This document shows, in pieces, positions 11,357 to 24,400 of a stretch of DNA of 64,000 bases; within the stretch, counting starts at the first letter, position 1, and every line of letters starts with the position of its first letter. The DNA comes from Epithemia pelagica (Eukaryota > Protista > Bacillariophyta), in the NCBI GenBank assembly GCA_946965045.2, contig OX337228.1, positions 4,898,001 to 4,962,000 on the forward strand, read 5' to 3'. Both the position numbers and the translations under genes were made by a program. The notes under the pieces are model-generated. The model did not search any database. It saw only the letters and a list, made by a program, of their open reading frames with translations, and was not told where the DNA came from.

Positions 11357-12322
11357 TCATACATCTTTGTTGAAGAGTTTGGGAGAAAAAACTCTGGGGT
11401 CTCGATAAGTTCCGCAGATTTGGTCAAACCACATGAAGAGATGACCATAGTTGAATTTGAACACTTTGTGGTGAACATGATGATCCGCCGGTGTGCCAAA
11501 CCCCAGAGAACGGAAAATCCCATCCCAGGGGAACGCGTACTCCGAGTGAATAAGAGTCAGCCAACAAGCGTAACTGGATCCAAAAGCCATGTAAGTCCAA
11601 ACATTACAAGTGCGCACAATGTTTGCGGTAAGGTAAAGAGGTATGATGATCATGCACAAGGTGTCCAGGAGAGAACCATTGAAGGCGTCGAAAAGGCGAG
11701 GGTTGGTGAAACGATGATGCGGCTTATGTGAGAGCTGGTAAAACTTGGGTGAAACCACGTGTTCCAGCAGGTGCATTGTAAACTGAAGTCCATCTTGTAC
11801 GACCAAACAAGCAAATGTTTCTCGCAATTGGATAGTTCCTTCGAAAGAATAGTATGATCGTGGCATAAGTCGAAACATCCATGTCACTGTCAAATAACCT
11901 ACGAGAAGGCCAAATCCTTCAGGCTGGGCAAGATGAGTCCGTAAGCCCTCCCAGAAGTCGTAAGGTCGAGCACCTTTTGTCTGCACAGATGTGGGTTCTC
12001 GCGACTGCCTGGAGAGGTGGCCGAACTTGAATAGATAGAAAGTTACCCAAACCCAAAATTGACCAACAGCAACTGCTAAAATTCCGAGAGAAAGCCCCAG
12101 TGGCTTTGGAACACCATGGTCAATTGACGGATCGAACTGATACCATTCATGTCGAAAGACATGGGAATAGTGAAGTGGACTAAATGAAGTTGAGAGCACC
12201 AATGGCACTGTGAGCATTAATGGCCATACCAATGAGCTCGCCCACGGCATAAGATGTTCTGTCCATGTCGCAATCATTGGACGAGTCTCTTCGTTCGTTA
12301 GCTTGGCCTCGGACGCTACCAT
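11357..12322 (-). CDS. Fatty acid hydroxylase/sterol desaturase superfamily membrane protein
   Basis: His boxes HLLEH, SHKPHHRF, LIHSE and DHHVHH; NYGHLFMWFDQICGTY; several hydrophobic helices. The start codon is uncertain. Confidence 0.85.
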   Translation of the reverse strand: MVASEAKLTNEETRPMIATWTEHLMPWASSLVWPLMLTVPLVLSTSFSPLHYSHVFRHEWYQFDPSIDHGVPKPLGLSLGILAVAVGQFWVWVTFYLFKFGHLSRQSREPTSVQTKGARPYDFWEGLRTHLAQPEGFGLLVGYLTVTWMFRLMPRSYYSFEGTIQLRETFACLVVQDGLQFTMHLLEHVVSPKFYQLSHKPHHRFTNPRLFDAFNGSLLDTLCMIIIPLYLTANIVRTCNVWTYMAFGSSYACWLTLIHSEYAFPWDGIFRSLGFGTPADHHVHHKVFKFNYGHLFMWFDQICGTYRDPRVFSPKLFNKDV

Positions 12323-13438
12323 GGCGACTCTTGTCCAGTTCGACGATGGCACATTGCCGTAGAAGATGCGGCATCCGCGACTTCGCCTTCGGCACAAACA
12401 CGCCCGGGATGCGAATTGGGGTAGTGGCGGTCTCTCCGTTGCTCGTCGTTCGCCTACATACAACACAACATAGCACAGGGGATGTAACAGGGGCTACCGC
12501 CAGAGTATAATTTTGCCCACTTTTCGATATCGGTCGTCATACGTAACTTTGCCTGAATTCCCCCATATTTCCTGATCACACAACTTTTTCGGGCGTTCGT
12601 AAATTCCCGTTCTTACGAAGAACTAAGAGATTCCCGCGGAATCAACGTCTCCAACGCGCCGGCAACAGTCAAAATCCGGCTAATCCCACATTTCAAAATC
12701 CAGGGAATTCTCGGCGAAATCCGACGCGTTTTAAAAATATTTTTGAAAAAAGTACACTTTTTGCACTGTCCTACAGAAGACCCCCCGTTTTCCCACTGAC
12801 ACCGATACAACAGAAAAAAAACGGCAAAATAATCCTTTTTTGGCCGATATTCCTCTAGAATTTGTCGCGGTTGGACCTGCCCCCCCTTCTTTTGTTCTTC
12901 GAAATTTTTAGTTCGAGAAATTCAATTCTATTTTCTTAAAAACCGTTACGCATGCAAGGTGGCGGCAGTTCAAGGGTAGTTGCTCCAAATCCCGCAAACT
13001 CTCTTTTTTCTATAGTACCCCGCCCCCCCCCTGCTCGATGGATTTGCGATTTTCCCACCTTCCACCACCACCTTTAACAACTACGAGAAATTCTTCCCCT
13101 CGAGGAATGGGAAGTGGAAAGGATGACTTGGCGCTTGGCGCATATGTCTTGCGCCGTCCTCGTCATTCTACACTTCGCGCCGGGCGACCCCTTCAAAGGA
13201 TTGGAAATTGGAGAACAGGAAAAAGTGAAGACCTTTCCCTGCATTTTGTCTATTATTCAGACTATTCATCTGCATAAACGATCCATTGGCTCAACATCGT
13301 GAGATTCTAGAGTCATGTTGAGAGACACTCCAACACACTTGTCACAAGAACCAGGAAATCCATGAACGAGCAAACCAAACATGAAATGAAATTGTCCATC
13401 TATGACGGCAGGTAACCGTAGGTAGTCAATCAGGAGAC

Positions 13439-15709
13439 TTAAGTGAAAGCTCTGTGGAGTAGCTCTTGCAGTGCGGCCTGTCCCCTTCCTGATACAGAAA
13501 CAGGGTCGTTCTTGCTCGAATTGTCACTCTCTTCGCCTTCAGATCCCCCATAACGATTACAATCATCGATTGCGATAGCACTTTCACCGCTTTTGTTATC
13601 GGCATTGACGGTTGATCTCTCACGACCACGTTTCCTTTTCTTCGGTATATCTCCAGGACCACTCTTTCCGGGAGCAACAAGCCTGCGTTTTCTTCGAACA
13701 CCTTGTGTAGTCTGGGGTATGTCTGTTGTAATCGTCATCATACCGACTTCGAGGAACAAATCGTCCAATGCGCGCCTTCCAACTGAGGACAAACCGGAAG
13801 TAGACATTCCCTCGTCGCCGTTCTCCGATCCAGAAGACACGTCGGATAGCTCATCCTGCAAGGAATGCTTTGATTTCTTCAATCTAGTTGATCTCCGATG
13901 ACGACTTTTACCACCACCATCCATTCTTGAATCTTGAAAGCTCTTTTCCCCCTCCTCTTCACCCACTAGAAAATCTGAGACGGACAATGAAGAATCTTTA
14001 CGTTTCTCGTTGCTCTGTTCAACGGCTTTTGCAATCAAGGCCTGAAGTGCGCCACGGCCCGCAGCGGAAGCGGTAGCAATGGAATTCACGTCGGCACCAG
14101 CTAATGAAAGAGAGGCGGCTGCGTCATGGCTCGTCAGTGACCCCTCTTTTTCATGAGTGGCACCGGCGACGGCCAAGGCGTCCTGATTAGTCTGGGAGGA
14201 GCGTTTCCTGCCGAGAAAGAAGCCAATTTCGTGCCGATTGACAAGGGTTTGGACCAACATACCCAGAGCACTTTTCATACCTGCCGCAACATCGGAGGGC
14301 AAAACGAGCGTGTGTGACGCTACGGAAGGATGATCTCGATCCAATCCGCCCATTTCGCCCGATAAACCATTGACTATAGACTCAGCTCTATGGTTTTCTT
14401 CATTATGCGCTTCCACGAGAGCCGGACTGGTAGTGGCAGGCATAACAAATGTTACTCCTCGGGAAACTTGTTGGAATGTAGAGGTGTGTATGCTAGAGTC
14501 GAGGCCGTCACCTTCACCAAGAAAACTCTTCAATTTGGTTTCCCACCGGCTGTCAAAAGTCATGGATGCCATGGCTTGACGAATTCGTTTGAGTTTCATA
14601 ACTTTGGTGTTCGAGGTAGGTATACGAAGACATCGACGACGATCAAGATATTTTTGCATCTGATTCTTTAGGGATGAGTTTGACATCCCACCATTTGTGG
14701 AATTGGAGCCATCGTCGCAGCCTTTTCTCTCCTGATCCTCACAGGAGACTGAAACTCTAATGTTGTTCCAATCCAGTGTCTTCATCCGCTCCTCTGTTGT
14801 CGCAACCTTCCGAAGCTGTTGGCGCTGGGAAAATCCATGCAACCCCATTGGTCCAATGTAGGCCACGAAATCGAAATGCGGCCATAGACGATCCAAAACA
14901 TGGGCCATGTCAGCTGCTAGTCTATCTGATAATGATCTTGCTCTCAAACTATCGCGCTCGGTGCCTGATATACAGTGACGAAGTTGTAAGAGACGAATAA
15001 AAATTCCTGGTTCAACTCGGATGTATGGTCGATAGTTTCTTCGATACAAAAGTCTTGGATTTTGACGATTGGTCAACCCCATGGGGAGAGTCGCCAAAAT
15101 TTCCGAATGCTCCTGACTGGTTGCTTCCACCTGATGTGCCGAGGGCAGGGGATTTGTTTCATGAAGCAGGAAAAGGGAAAAAATGGCGAAGGCCTGGTAA
15201 GACATGGTTCTCGTCGTTCTAGCTATGGATTCTTCTTCCGAAATGAGTTCTTGTGAGGTGTCTTCCTTGTCGTTATCGTCCGAAACGAGAAAGAGATCGA
15301 GGCATGTCGCATACAACAATTGGCTGAACGACGCTACGTCACATCGTGTTGGAACAAATCGATGAAAAGCAGCCAATTTAAAGGTACGTGCCACGTGGCG
15401 AAAGCATCCAAAAGGTGAAAGGGTCGGCTGAGAGTCCTCGTTGGTGCTGGTACGCTCGCCTGTCGACAGATTATCCTTCAGACACAAAGGAAGCATTTCC
15501 AAGAATTTGGTTCGGAGATGAATCATATCCTTCAAAATGGCATGTTGCAACGGCTGGATTGTAGAAAAAGCAGAAATCGATGCATCTCCATTGCTCTCTT
15601 CAAAGCTGTTGTTGATGCCATTCTCTGATCTCACTTCATTTCGCTTCCTTTGTTTCCTTCGCACGAGATTTTCTCTCTGCCTCTCTTCAAGCAAAGAAAA
15701 AGAAAGCAT
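13439..15709 (-). CDS. Putative snRNA-activating complex subunit 1 (SNAP43-like) with long disordered C-terminus
   Basis: N-terminal pattern (F..F...FKL..F; SFSQLLYA; AIFSLFLLHETNP; YIRV; DMAHVLDRL) resembles the SNAPc_SNAP43 domain from memory; not confirmed by a search. Confidence 0.5.
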   Translation of the reverse strand: MLSFSLLEERQRENLVRRKQRKRNEVRSENGINNSFEESNGDASISAFSTIQPLQHAILKDMIHLRTKFLEMLPLCLKDNLSTGERTSTNEDSQPTLSPFGCFRHVARTFKLAAFHRFVPTRCDVASFSQLLYATCLDLFLVSDDNDKEDTSQELISEEESIARTTRTMSYQAFAIFSLFLLHETNPLPSAHQVEATSQEHSEILATLPMGLTNRQNPRLLYRRNYRPYIRVEPGIFIRLLQLRHCISGTERDSLRARSLSDRLAADMAHVLDRLWPHFDFVAYIGPMGLHGFSQRQQLRKVATTEERMKTLDWNNIRVSVSCEDQERKGCDDGSNSTNGGMSNSSLKNQMQKYLDRRRCLRIPTSNTKVMKLKRIRQAMASMTFDSRWETKLKSFLGEGDGLDSSIHTSTFQQVSRGVTFVMPATTSPALVEAHNEENHRAESIVNGLSGEMGGLDRDHPSVASHTLVLPSDVAAGMKSALGMLVQTLVNRHEIGFFLGRKRSSQTNQDALAVAGATHEKEGSLTSHDAAASLSLAGADVNSIATASAAGRGALQALIAKAVEQSNEKRKDSSLSVSDFLVGEEEGEKSFQDSRMDGGGKSRHRRSTRLKKSKHSLQDELSDVSSGSENGDEGMSTSGLSSVGRRALDDLFLEVGMMTITTDIPQTTQGVRRKRRLVAPGKSGPGDIPKKRKRGRERSTVNADNKSGESAIAIDDCNRYGGSEGEESDNSSKNDPVSVSGRGQAALQELLHRAFT

Positions 15710-15900
15710 TCATTCCTCCTCACAGACACCATCAAATCCATTGCGGTGGGAGTCTTGAGTCTTGAGATTTTCCTCCATGCTCCATGCGGATAAAAGCCAC
15801 CCCAGCTGGTGCATGGCTTTTTTGCGCGACTGAAGTTTTCAGACCTGTCTCAATCTCAACTCTCAACCATTCGATTTTGGAATTTGAGAGTTGATCGGCA

Positions 15901-18900
15901 ATGGCAAGTAATCAGATCGCTCACTGTTCCACGTCGGCTTACTACCGTCAAACTCGCAAACGTGGGAAAGTTATTAAGCAGGTGGGGCAGAAATATGTGC
16001 GAAACGATTTAGGATTCGGGATTACTTACACTGCAGCAAATGGCCATGAGGACGATGACGACGACCATCACTCTGAAGCTCATATTGGTAGCAACTACGA
16101 CGGCCAACATGGAAAGAAACGACGGAAACGCAGCCATGCGAAAAGCAATCTAAATAGTCAAGTAGATCATGTGGTTGGTCGTCCTTATGTTATTCCTACT
16201 GCAGAGGAGCTTGTCTCGAAATGGTTGATCGAATCACCATCCAACAGTATTCACACGTATTTGGTCGTTGTGGACACAAACGTCCTGTTGCACAATCTGG
16301 ACGTCTTGGAAAAGGCTGTGATTGGCCAAAACGATGGAACGATTGCTGGTACCGGTTTAATGCCCAACATTGTCATTCCTCAAACCGCACTCATGGAATG
16401 CCGTTCCAATCGACTCACTACCTATGATCGATGCGTCGACATCTTGCGATCCATCAAAATGACAAAAGACTCAGGAAATCAATCAAAAACTAAGACGACA
16501 TCATCGACTTCGTCGGCTGGTGGCCATTCAGGGCGACCCTATTGTGCCATTTTCTTTCCTGATCACAATCATGTTGCCACCGCCTCTGAGAATTCGCCCT
16601 CTTCTCCTGCAACAATCGATGGACCAGCCTTGTCGGCCAATGACGCTAATGATCTTCGAATTCGGCGTGTTGCGCATTATCTCGCAGAACATACACGCGA
16701 GACCAATGTCAAAGTGGTTCTATTGACTGACGATAAGGCGTGTCGTGAAAAGGCTCAGCGAGAGAGCGCATCTCTCTATCAAGCTCATTCGGTGGCAAGT
16801 TGGACCAAAATCTTGGAGCAGGCCAATCCTGGTATCAGTTACTCTTTGTCTGACCTGGTGGCTAACTTTCACATGCCCACGAATGATGGCCGAACCGGTG
16901 AAGGGCCCCATGCTTCATCATCATTTGTTCTGGCGGGGCACGATAAGTACACGTCGCATGTCGATGATACCGACTTGTCTCGAGGTATACAGCAGGGTAA
17001 ATTCCATCGGGGTATTTTCCGCGTCGTTTTGCAGGCGCCTAATGGATATCAACGCGTCGGATCAGTCACCATTAGACAAGGTGACGAACGCGTGGCGGTT
17101 ACGATTGTGGACCAAAATTGCAATCGTGCCATTGATGGGGATGTAGTGGCAATTGCTGTTCATCCGGTTGAGAAATGGATCGACGGGCAACAATCATCGG
17201 CAGTTACGACATGCAAATCTTCCAATGCGGAACCTGTCTCCGATGAGAAATCGTTATCAGTTCCAGCGGGAATCATGAACGAGACGTCAGATCCTACGCC
17301 GGCTGATCTTGAAAACGTGTCCGACCAGATCAGATTGGAAACCGATAAAAAAACCGACGCATGCTCAATGCGACCCACGGGAAAAGTAGTTGGTATTATC
17401 AGGCGAAACTTCTCTTCGTACAGTGGATCGCTTCACGAGACATCGTTTGCTGCATCCACCGAACCTGGAAAAGATCAAAGTGAACCAATAGTTACTTCAG
17501 ACATGACTGAAAGGGAAGCCATAGCTTCGCAGTTTGAACGAGAACACGAAGATGGCACCCTTACCTGTACTTTCTTTCCAGTCGATCGCAGGGTTCCTCC
17601 CATTCTAATACGCACTACTCAGCGCGATCGTATGTTGGGGCAACGTATCATCGTGGCAATCGATTCATGGCCTCAGTACTCTTCCTTTCCTCTCGGTCAC
17701 TATGTTCGCACTATTGGCCCGGCTGGTTCGAAGGATGTGGAAACGCAGGTTTTGCTTCAGGAACACAATATACCGTATGAGCCATTTCCAGCAGCCGTGT
17801 TGGCTTGTCTACCTCCGGAAGATTACAAGATTGGCGCAGATGACAAGCCTTCGCGACTAGATCTTCGCCATTTGCCAGTACTCTCGGTAGACCCACCAAA
17901 TTGCAAAGATATTGACGATGCACTTCATTGTATGAAGCTTCCCAATGGGAACTATCAAATTGGAGTTCATATCTCTGATGTCACTCACTATGTGAAACCT
18001 GGCACAGCCATTGATCTGGAGGCAGCTGATCGCAGCACTTCGACATATCTGGTTAACAAAAGATTAGACATGTTGCCTGGGCTGTTGACCACTGATTTAT
18101 GCAGTTTGAAGGGGAATGTGGACCGATATGCCTTTTCAGTTCTTTGGGAGGTCACTGAAGATGCGGACATCGTAGAAGTAGAGTTTCACAAAACCCTGAT
18201 TCATTCTATTGGGGCGTTGACATATCAACAAGCGCAAACTCTAATTGACCAGCCGGATGATCCGAACGACATTCATGCATGTTCCGTCAAAGGATTGGCC
18301 AAATTGGCCAGAAAATTCCGAAAACGAAGGATTGATGCGGGCGCACTGACTCTGGCGTCTCCTGAAGTCAAGTTTGTTTTGGATAGCGAGTCTCTCAATC
18401 CTACCGATGTTCAGGCTTATGCCCTACTCGAAGCGAATGCGGTTGTAGAGGAGTTCATGTTGTTGGCAAATGTGACAGTTTCTAAAAAAATTCTTCGTCA
18501 CTACCCGACCATGTCCGTGCTTCGCCGTCATCCAGCTCCCAATCGCAGCATGTTTGACAGTCTCATTAGCAAGGCTAGATGCAAGGGGTTGAAGATTGAA
18601 ATTGATGATAGCAAAAGTTTGGCAGATTCTCTTGATGCAGCTCAGATTGAGTCTGATCCCTACATCAACAAGCTGCTGAGAATCTTATCGACACGATGCA
18701 TGTCGCCTGCTCAATATTTCTGTTCAGGAGAATTTCCTCCGACCGAGTGGCATCACTATGGACTTGCCGCCCCTGTCTATACCCACTTCACCTCACCCAT
18801 CCGACGGTAAGACTATGATGTCGGATTTCGATAGCCTTTCTTCAATGTGCGAAACTCAACACAGCCCTCTCCATTCCAGGTACGCGGATGTTTGTGTGCA

Positions 18901-19390
18901 CCGATTGCTTTCAGCAGCCATCAATGTCGCTCCGTTGTCACCACACCTTTCTTCAAAGTCGTACATACACGATCTTTGCGCCAATATGAATCGCCGACAT
19001 AGAGCGGCTCAAATTGCAGGCCGGGATTCAGTACAACTTCACACTCTTATTTTCTTTGCAGGGGATGGGGCCAAGGACGATTACGCGTATGTCTTAGATG
19101 TGGATACACGGGAAGTAAATAGTCCTTCGCTGAATGTCATAGTGCCCCGTTATGGTATCGAAGGCCGTGTTCGACTGTCGCTGAAGGCCAGTGATCCACA
19201 TTTATCACGGCTACCGAACGAACATAAATTGGTGTATCAACTCCCTCATAGTTCTCCTGTTTCAGTTCAGGTTTTCGACAAGATCAAGGTTCGCATTTGG
19301 GTGAAGCAGACCCCAGACCATCAGAGAGAATTAATATTGGACCTCCTTGAACCGATTTTGCCTGGAGTTACGACAAATAAGAATGACTAA
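15901..19390 (+). CDS. DIS3: Exosome complex exonuclease RRP44/DIS3 (PIN plus RNB); intron 18807-18879
   Basis: PIN motif VVDTNVLLH, RNB motif SVDPPNCKDIDDALH, and HYGLAAPVYTHFTSPIRR|YADVCVHR across a GT-AG intron. Confidence 0.97.
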
Positions 19391-19486
19391 ACTGACAACT
19401 AAGAAACTTACACTACCAGAGGACAGAACGTAGTTCAACATAGAATCAGATGTCCTTACAAGATATTTTGATCCGCAACAAGGATT

Positions 19487-20765
19487 TCACAACTCGTCTA
19501 TTGCTTTATCAAGAAGGCTTCTCAGCGTTTCAAAGTAGCTCTCATCATCAAGGATGACCTTACATGACTTCACGCATGCGTTGCGAAGTTCCATATCAGC
19601 GTCGCACTGGCCTTTCGCAGCAGCCGATTCACAGTCATAGTCAGCGTTGTCCTCAAATTTATAGGCAGCCCGTCCTTTGTCATTGTCAAGACTGTGGCCT
19701 CTGCCCCAATGCCGTCCAGCCTGCGCGAGATAATATCCTTCGTGACCATTCGGTGGGAAGTACGCGGTCGTATCGGAAGCGAATTCGTCAACGTTTTCCT
19801 CATTTATGTCTTCAAAATACAACGCAATCGCAAGTCGGAACTCTCCTGTCTCTCTATAGTCACAGTTACCAGTGCCATGCTTTGAATCACCACCGACCAG
19901 GACTCCCACATCATGGACAAAGTTAACCGGGACCTCCATGGTGGCTTCTCTGTCCCCAACCAAAAGTTGTGAGGGTCCAGACTCTGGGATCACAAGAGGA
20001 AAGATTATGTTGAAAACTTTCGTTCCCAGTCCATCTAGATCGCTGTGCATGTTGTATCCTTCGAAGTTAGAGACTAGAATAAAGCTTGTTCCATCGATCC
20101 AGATTCCGTCCAAACCGAACTTCTCACCCATAGTGTTGAGCACAACGTCAAAACCAGCTCTTCTCCATATATCTAGGACAAACTCGTAGGTTCTGAACAG
20201 CAAAAAGAGGAAAAGTCAGTCACAACACCTCAATCCAAAGCACAGCATGTCCTTGCTTAACGTACAGTTCGTCTGCAGGGTCAACCCACGTCATATCTCC
20301 TGCGAAAACAAACTGTGAGAATTTGAGTTCATCTGGTGACATAATTAAATGGTTACTCATCGTACCTTCGTGGGCCCAGTTTGCAGGACGTGAAGCTGCC
20401 CAACTTGATCCATCGTCGAGTTTGAAGACCCTATTTTCGCCAGGTTGAACTTGTTTCTCGTACAGCAAGCTGCGGAATATGTCCATCATTCCATGTTCAT
20501 TGATGTATCTAAGGAAGAGCTCTGTAAGCTTGGGAGGTAAGCCAACAAACATAGTCTCTGGATCTACGCGGTGGCCACTATCTCGTGCAACAACAGTTGC
20601 AAGATCGCCTGGTCTCAAGTGTTTTGGTAAAAGGGCGCCAGGCTGTTCCTCAGCAGAACATATTTCCACGCTGCCATTCAAGAGATCTTTCCGACTTATG
20701 TGCTGATAACTGGACACTTCTGGAACCATTAGAACGGCGGCAATAAGCCCAGAAACCTTCATCAT
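19487..20765 (-). CDS. Secreted hypothetical protein with C-terminal ShK-like Cys motif; introns 20300-20365 and ~20196-20263
   Basis: Signal peptide MMKVSGLIAAVLMV; GT-AG introns join ORFs 20220-20792 and 19487-20203; C-terminal DCESAAAKGQC...NACVKSCKV. Confidence 0.6.
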
Positions 20766-21250
20766 GGTATTTTCGCAACGATGACTTATCATTTGAGCTT
20801 AGTGATCTAACATGTCTTCGTGGCGTCCAAAAGGATACCAATTACCAATACGATTTCTCATAAGTACGAGTACACCAAAAAATGTACAATACTACCTAGG
20901 TAGTTCCATAGATTATAGATTCGGCAAGACCAAATATAACTGCCCCAACGCCTGAGAAGTCTTACAATAATCCTTTCTGTTGTGCTTAAGTCGAAAAATG
21001 ATTGAATAGATCCGTTGGACAAATAATAATTCTGTGAGCGTCCGTCGCGACTCTGTCCGCGCATACCGACCATGACATCATCTTCATCTCAAGTCCGAGT
21101 CCGAGAGTGAGAGGATCATGGCATGCGGGTACAAACTTTTAGGTGTATTGTAGTCTATGTCGCAGATGTGGATGCGACCATTGTTTGTGTGGATGACCAA
21201 TGACCACTGACATTGACGACCACCACAATAAAAAAGTTGTGATCTATGAG

Positions 21251-21294
21251 GGGAGTATCCCTCCGACTAGATGTCCGCTTCTTAGCTCGTCTGT
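21251..21294 (+). repeat. Left terminal inverted repeat of the MULE
   Basis: Core CCCTCCGACTAGATGTCCGCTTCTTAGCTCGTCTGT (21259-21294) preceded by GGG-N5. Confidence 0.85.
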
Positions 21295-21434
21295 TCGGGC
21301 AAGACAAACCCAATCTCACAGACAAAAAAATCGATTGGAAATTTCTAAAAAAATGTTTTTTTTTAAATTTGACCTTTTGAACCATCACTGGAATCACGCC
21401 AGCCATCCCTTTCACATACCCTGCTCCAACTGTC

Positions 21435-24400
21435 ATGTCATTTTTCTTCATCGTCCCACCATACCAGCATCTCATCATGGCAAGCAATGAAAGTTTCCAG
21501 ACTGCAATCGACGATGCCATTCACCAACAATTCCATTGGCATGCAGAACTATATTTCAATGACGTAGAGGGCCACGAAAATCCCTTGGAACTTTTCCAAT
21601 TTACCAACAAAGAGTGCTTTACGGCGCAACGATCTACAGTCAAGCATGAGCGGAAACATCTTGTCATATTTGATCGCAAAAAGTACCCTCCTGATAAAGA
21701 TGGCATAAAGAAACTATCCATGGCTTTGAAGACAGAGGGTATTAGAAAAGGAACAAATCTCATTTCACGTAACAGCCCCCTTGTACTCTCGTGCTATCGA
21801 TGCAAGAAACACACTCCATCTCAATCAGCAGAGGAGGCCTTACACACACAGTCAAACACTCAACAGGAGCAACATTCCGCCGAATCAGAAGAGGATCCAC
21901 AATTTGATGAAGATGGCATTATGCTTGGAATACGTTCATATCGAATTCATCGCGACAAAGCCCAGGCTCGTGCCAATGGCAAAACAACAAAACGGGGCAC
22001 TTTTACCATGAGACCTATTCAGTCGGACCAAACTTGTAAGGTTTCTCTGCGGCTTGGGGTTCAAGAAGGACCCAATGGATATATTTTCCTAAAGCAAGGA
22101 TGTGGCCATGCAACACACAGTTTCCATCCGAAACCATGTCCTGGGGATGTACCGTTTCAAACTCGGCATTTAAAGGACAGTACCCGCCAGCTCATTCTTT
22201 CCGCGCGCACTGCATCTACGGGAAGCACAGCAATTCGATATCTCGTACTACAAAATCAACACGAGCTTGTTGGAAGAGGAACAATCCAGCACATTCAGAT
22301 GGTTCCTGAATTCCTCCGACATCCATCAGAGAACCATTCCACTGCATTTGCAATGGTTAGTTGGTTAAGAGAAAAATCCCAAGATTCATCAGTTAATCTT
22401 CGCTATTGTTTCTTGTCTTGCAATCCTCTTCATGATCCTGGTTATCATTGTCACCCAAAAGGACGCCCACCTCAGCAAGGCCGTATTTCCATAAAAGAGG
22501 TTCGAAAGAACATGGAGTACGATGATGTACTTCAAAGCACCTTCCGAGTTGGTGGACCAAATACCGAAGAGAAACAGGAATCTCATACAATTTCCCACAA
22601 TGACGATTCCTTACATCAAAGTGTCAAACTGACCCGCACACTCCATAAACAGTTCCATCTTGGAGATGAGATGTCGAAAAGAATTTTCCTTGGTTCTGGA
22701 TGGGTTGACGCAGAATCATTTGCTCAATTTCAACGTTTTCCTGAAGTTCTATTCATTGATTCCACGCATAAAACCAACAATGAAGCCCGTCCACTGTTAA
22801 TGGTATGTGGCCGTGATCAATGTGGCAAAGCATTCGTTATTGCCCGTATCTTCATGCCGAACGAGACAAGTGCCTTCTATCGATGGATTTTTCTTAAGTG
22901 TTTGCCAAATATTCTTGGTACTGAAAATCTGGCTCGTGTGCGAATGGCAATTACCGACGGAGACGCTCAAGAATTTGAGGCAGTGGAAGAATCGTGTCTT
23001 GAACTTTTGACTAATGCCAAAAGAGGCAGATGCATGTACCATATTGTGCAAAAGACATATGAGCGATATATATCCAACCACATTTGCCGTAATCAATCAG
23101 GGCATATGGTTTTGAAGGGGATAAAGGCGTGGATCTACACATGGGGTGATGGTTCGTCATGTGTGTCTGAGGACCAATATCTCTTGTCAAAGTCCTTGCT
23201 CTTGAAAAAGATACAATCCAAAGATTTTGAAAGTATGATTACAACTGATGGAATGTCGTTGATTGAAAAATGGCTCCAGGAAAAAATTATTCCCAATGAG
23301 AGGTTTTTCGTATTTTGGTCCAAACGATTCCTTCGCTGTTTTGATGAGTACATGAATAACTCAGGCGAGGCCATGAATCGTTCTTGCAAGCGTTCCGATA
23401 TTGCTGCCCGACCAAACATGACCATGGCAACATCTGCAAATGCAATGTTGAATCAGTCTATCTTAGCTTCACGCCAAAGAAAGAGTGATCAGTTGCGCCA
23501 ACTTGTTGAGATACCACTATACATAAAGTCAAACTCCCAACATAATCTGGATGCACTCAAGAAAATCAGTAACTTGGCTCGTCACATGGTAATACAGCAG
23601 TATCAACAACGCAAGGAGTATACAATTGTTCGCCATGATAAAGTTACTTGGTATGTTCTTCGGAATGGTGTTACAGCAGGATCAGAGTTTAACCACATTG
23701 GAAACTTTGGCCAAATGGGGCTTGCTCCACCTTGTTTCAAGAATGCGTGGAAAGTCAACTTAGATTCATGTGGTATCCTCATATGCAACTGTGGATATAA
23801 ACATCGACATGGTATACCCTGTCGTCACTTATTCGCAATTGAAGAAGAATATAATTTGTCAGACATTGCAATACGTTGGCAATTGGCATATGCATACTAC
23901 GCCTTTGATCAAAATTGTCATTCGATTACTGCATCATATGTCAATGCAATGGAGGTCGATCACCAAGGACTCAAACTTAAAACTCAAATTGAAACTGAAA
24001 CCAGTATGGTATTTCCATATATCTGGTCAGGGACCCAGTATACCATAGAGGAGATCTATGAAGTCGTGAATAGCTGTATCCCTGTCTGTTGGAACTATTC
24101 CATTGATGAATATCCAAAAGAATACCAAGCCACTGAAAAAATCTCTAGTCAACAAGCGGTGGGTGACTCCGGCTCTCTGACAATCGAGGATGATATTGCT
24201 TTGGCACAGTCACATGAAGAAACAGATTTCGAACATTTCCAGTATACACAAGAATCCGTGGAGTGCCCCAATCATCAGCTTTCTTTCCCGATAAATCGAG
24301 AAACCACCCAAGCTGAAATTATAACTGTCCTCAAAGATATGTTGCCGCTCTTTGATAACAATCTATCCCGTTACAAACTGTTGCAAGTTCTCCTTAACGC

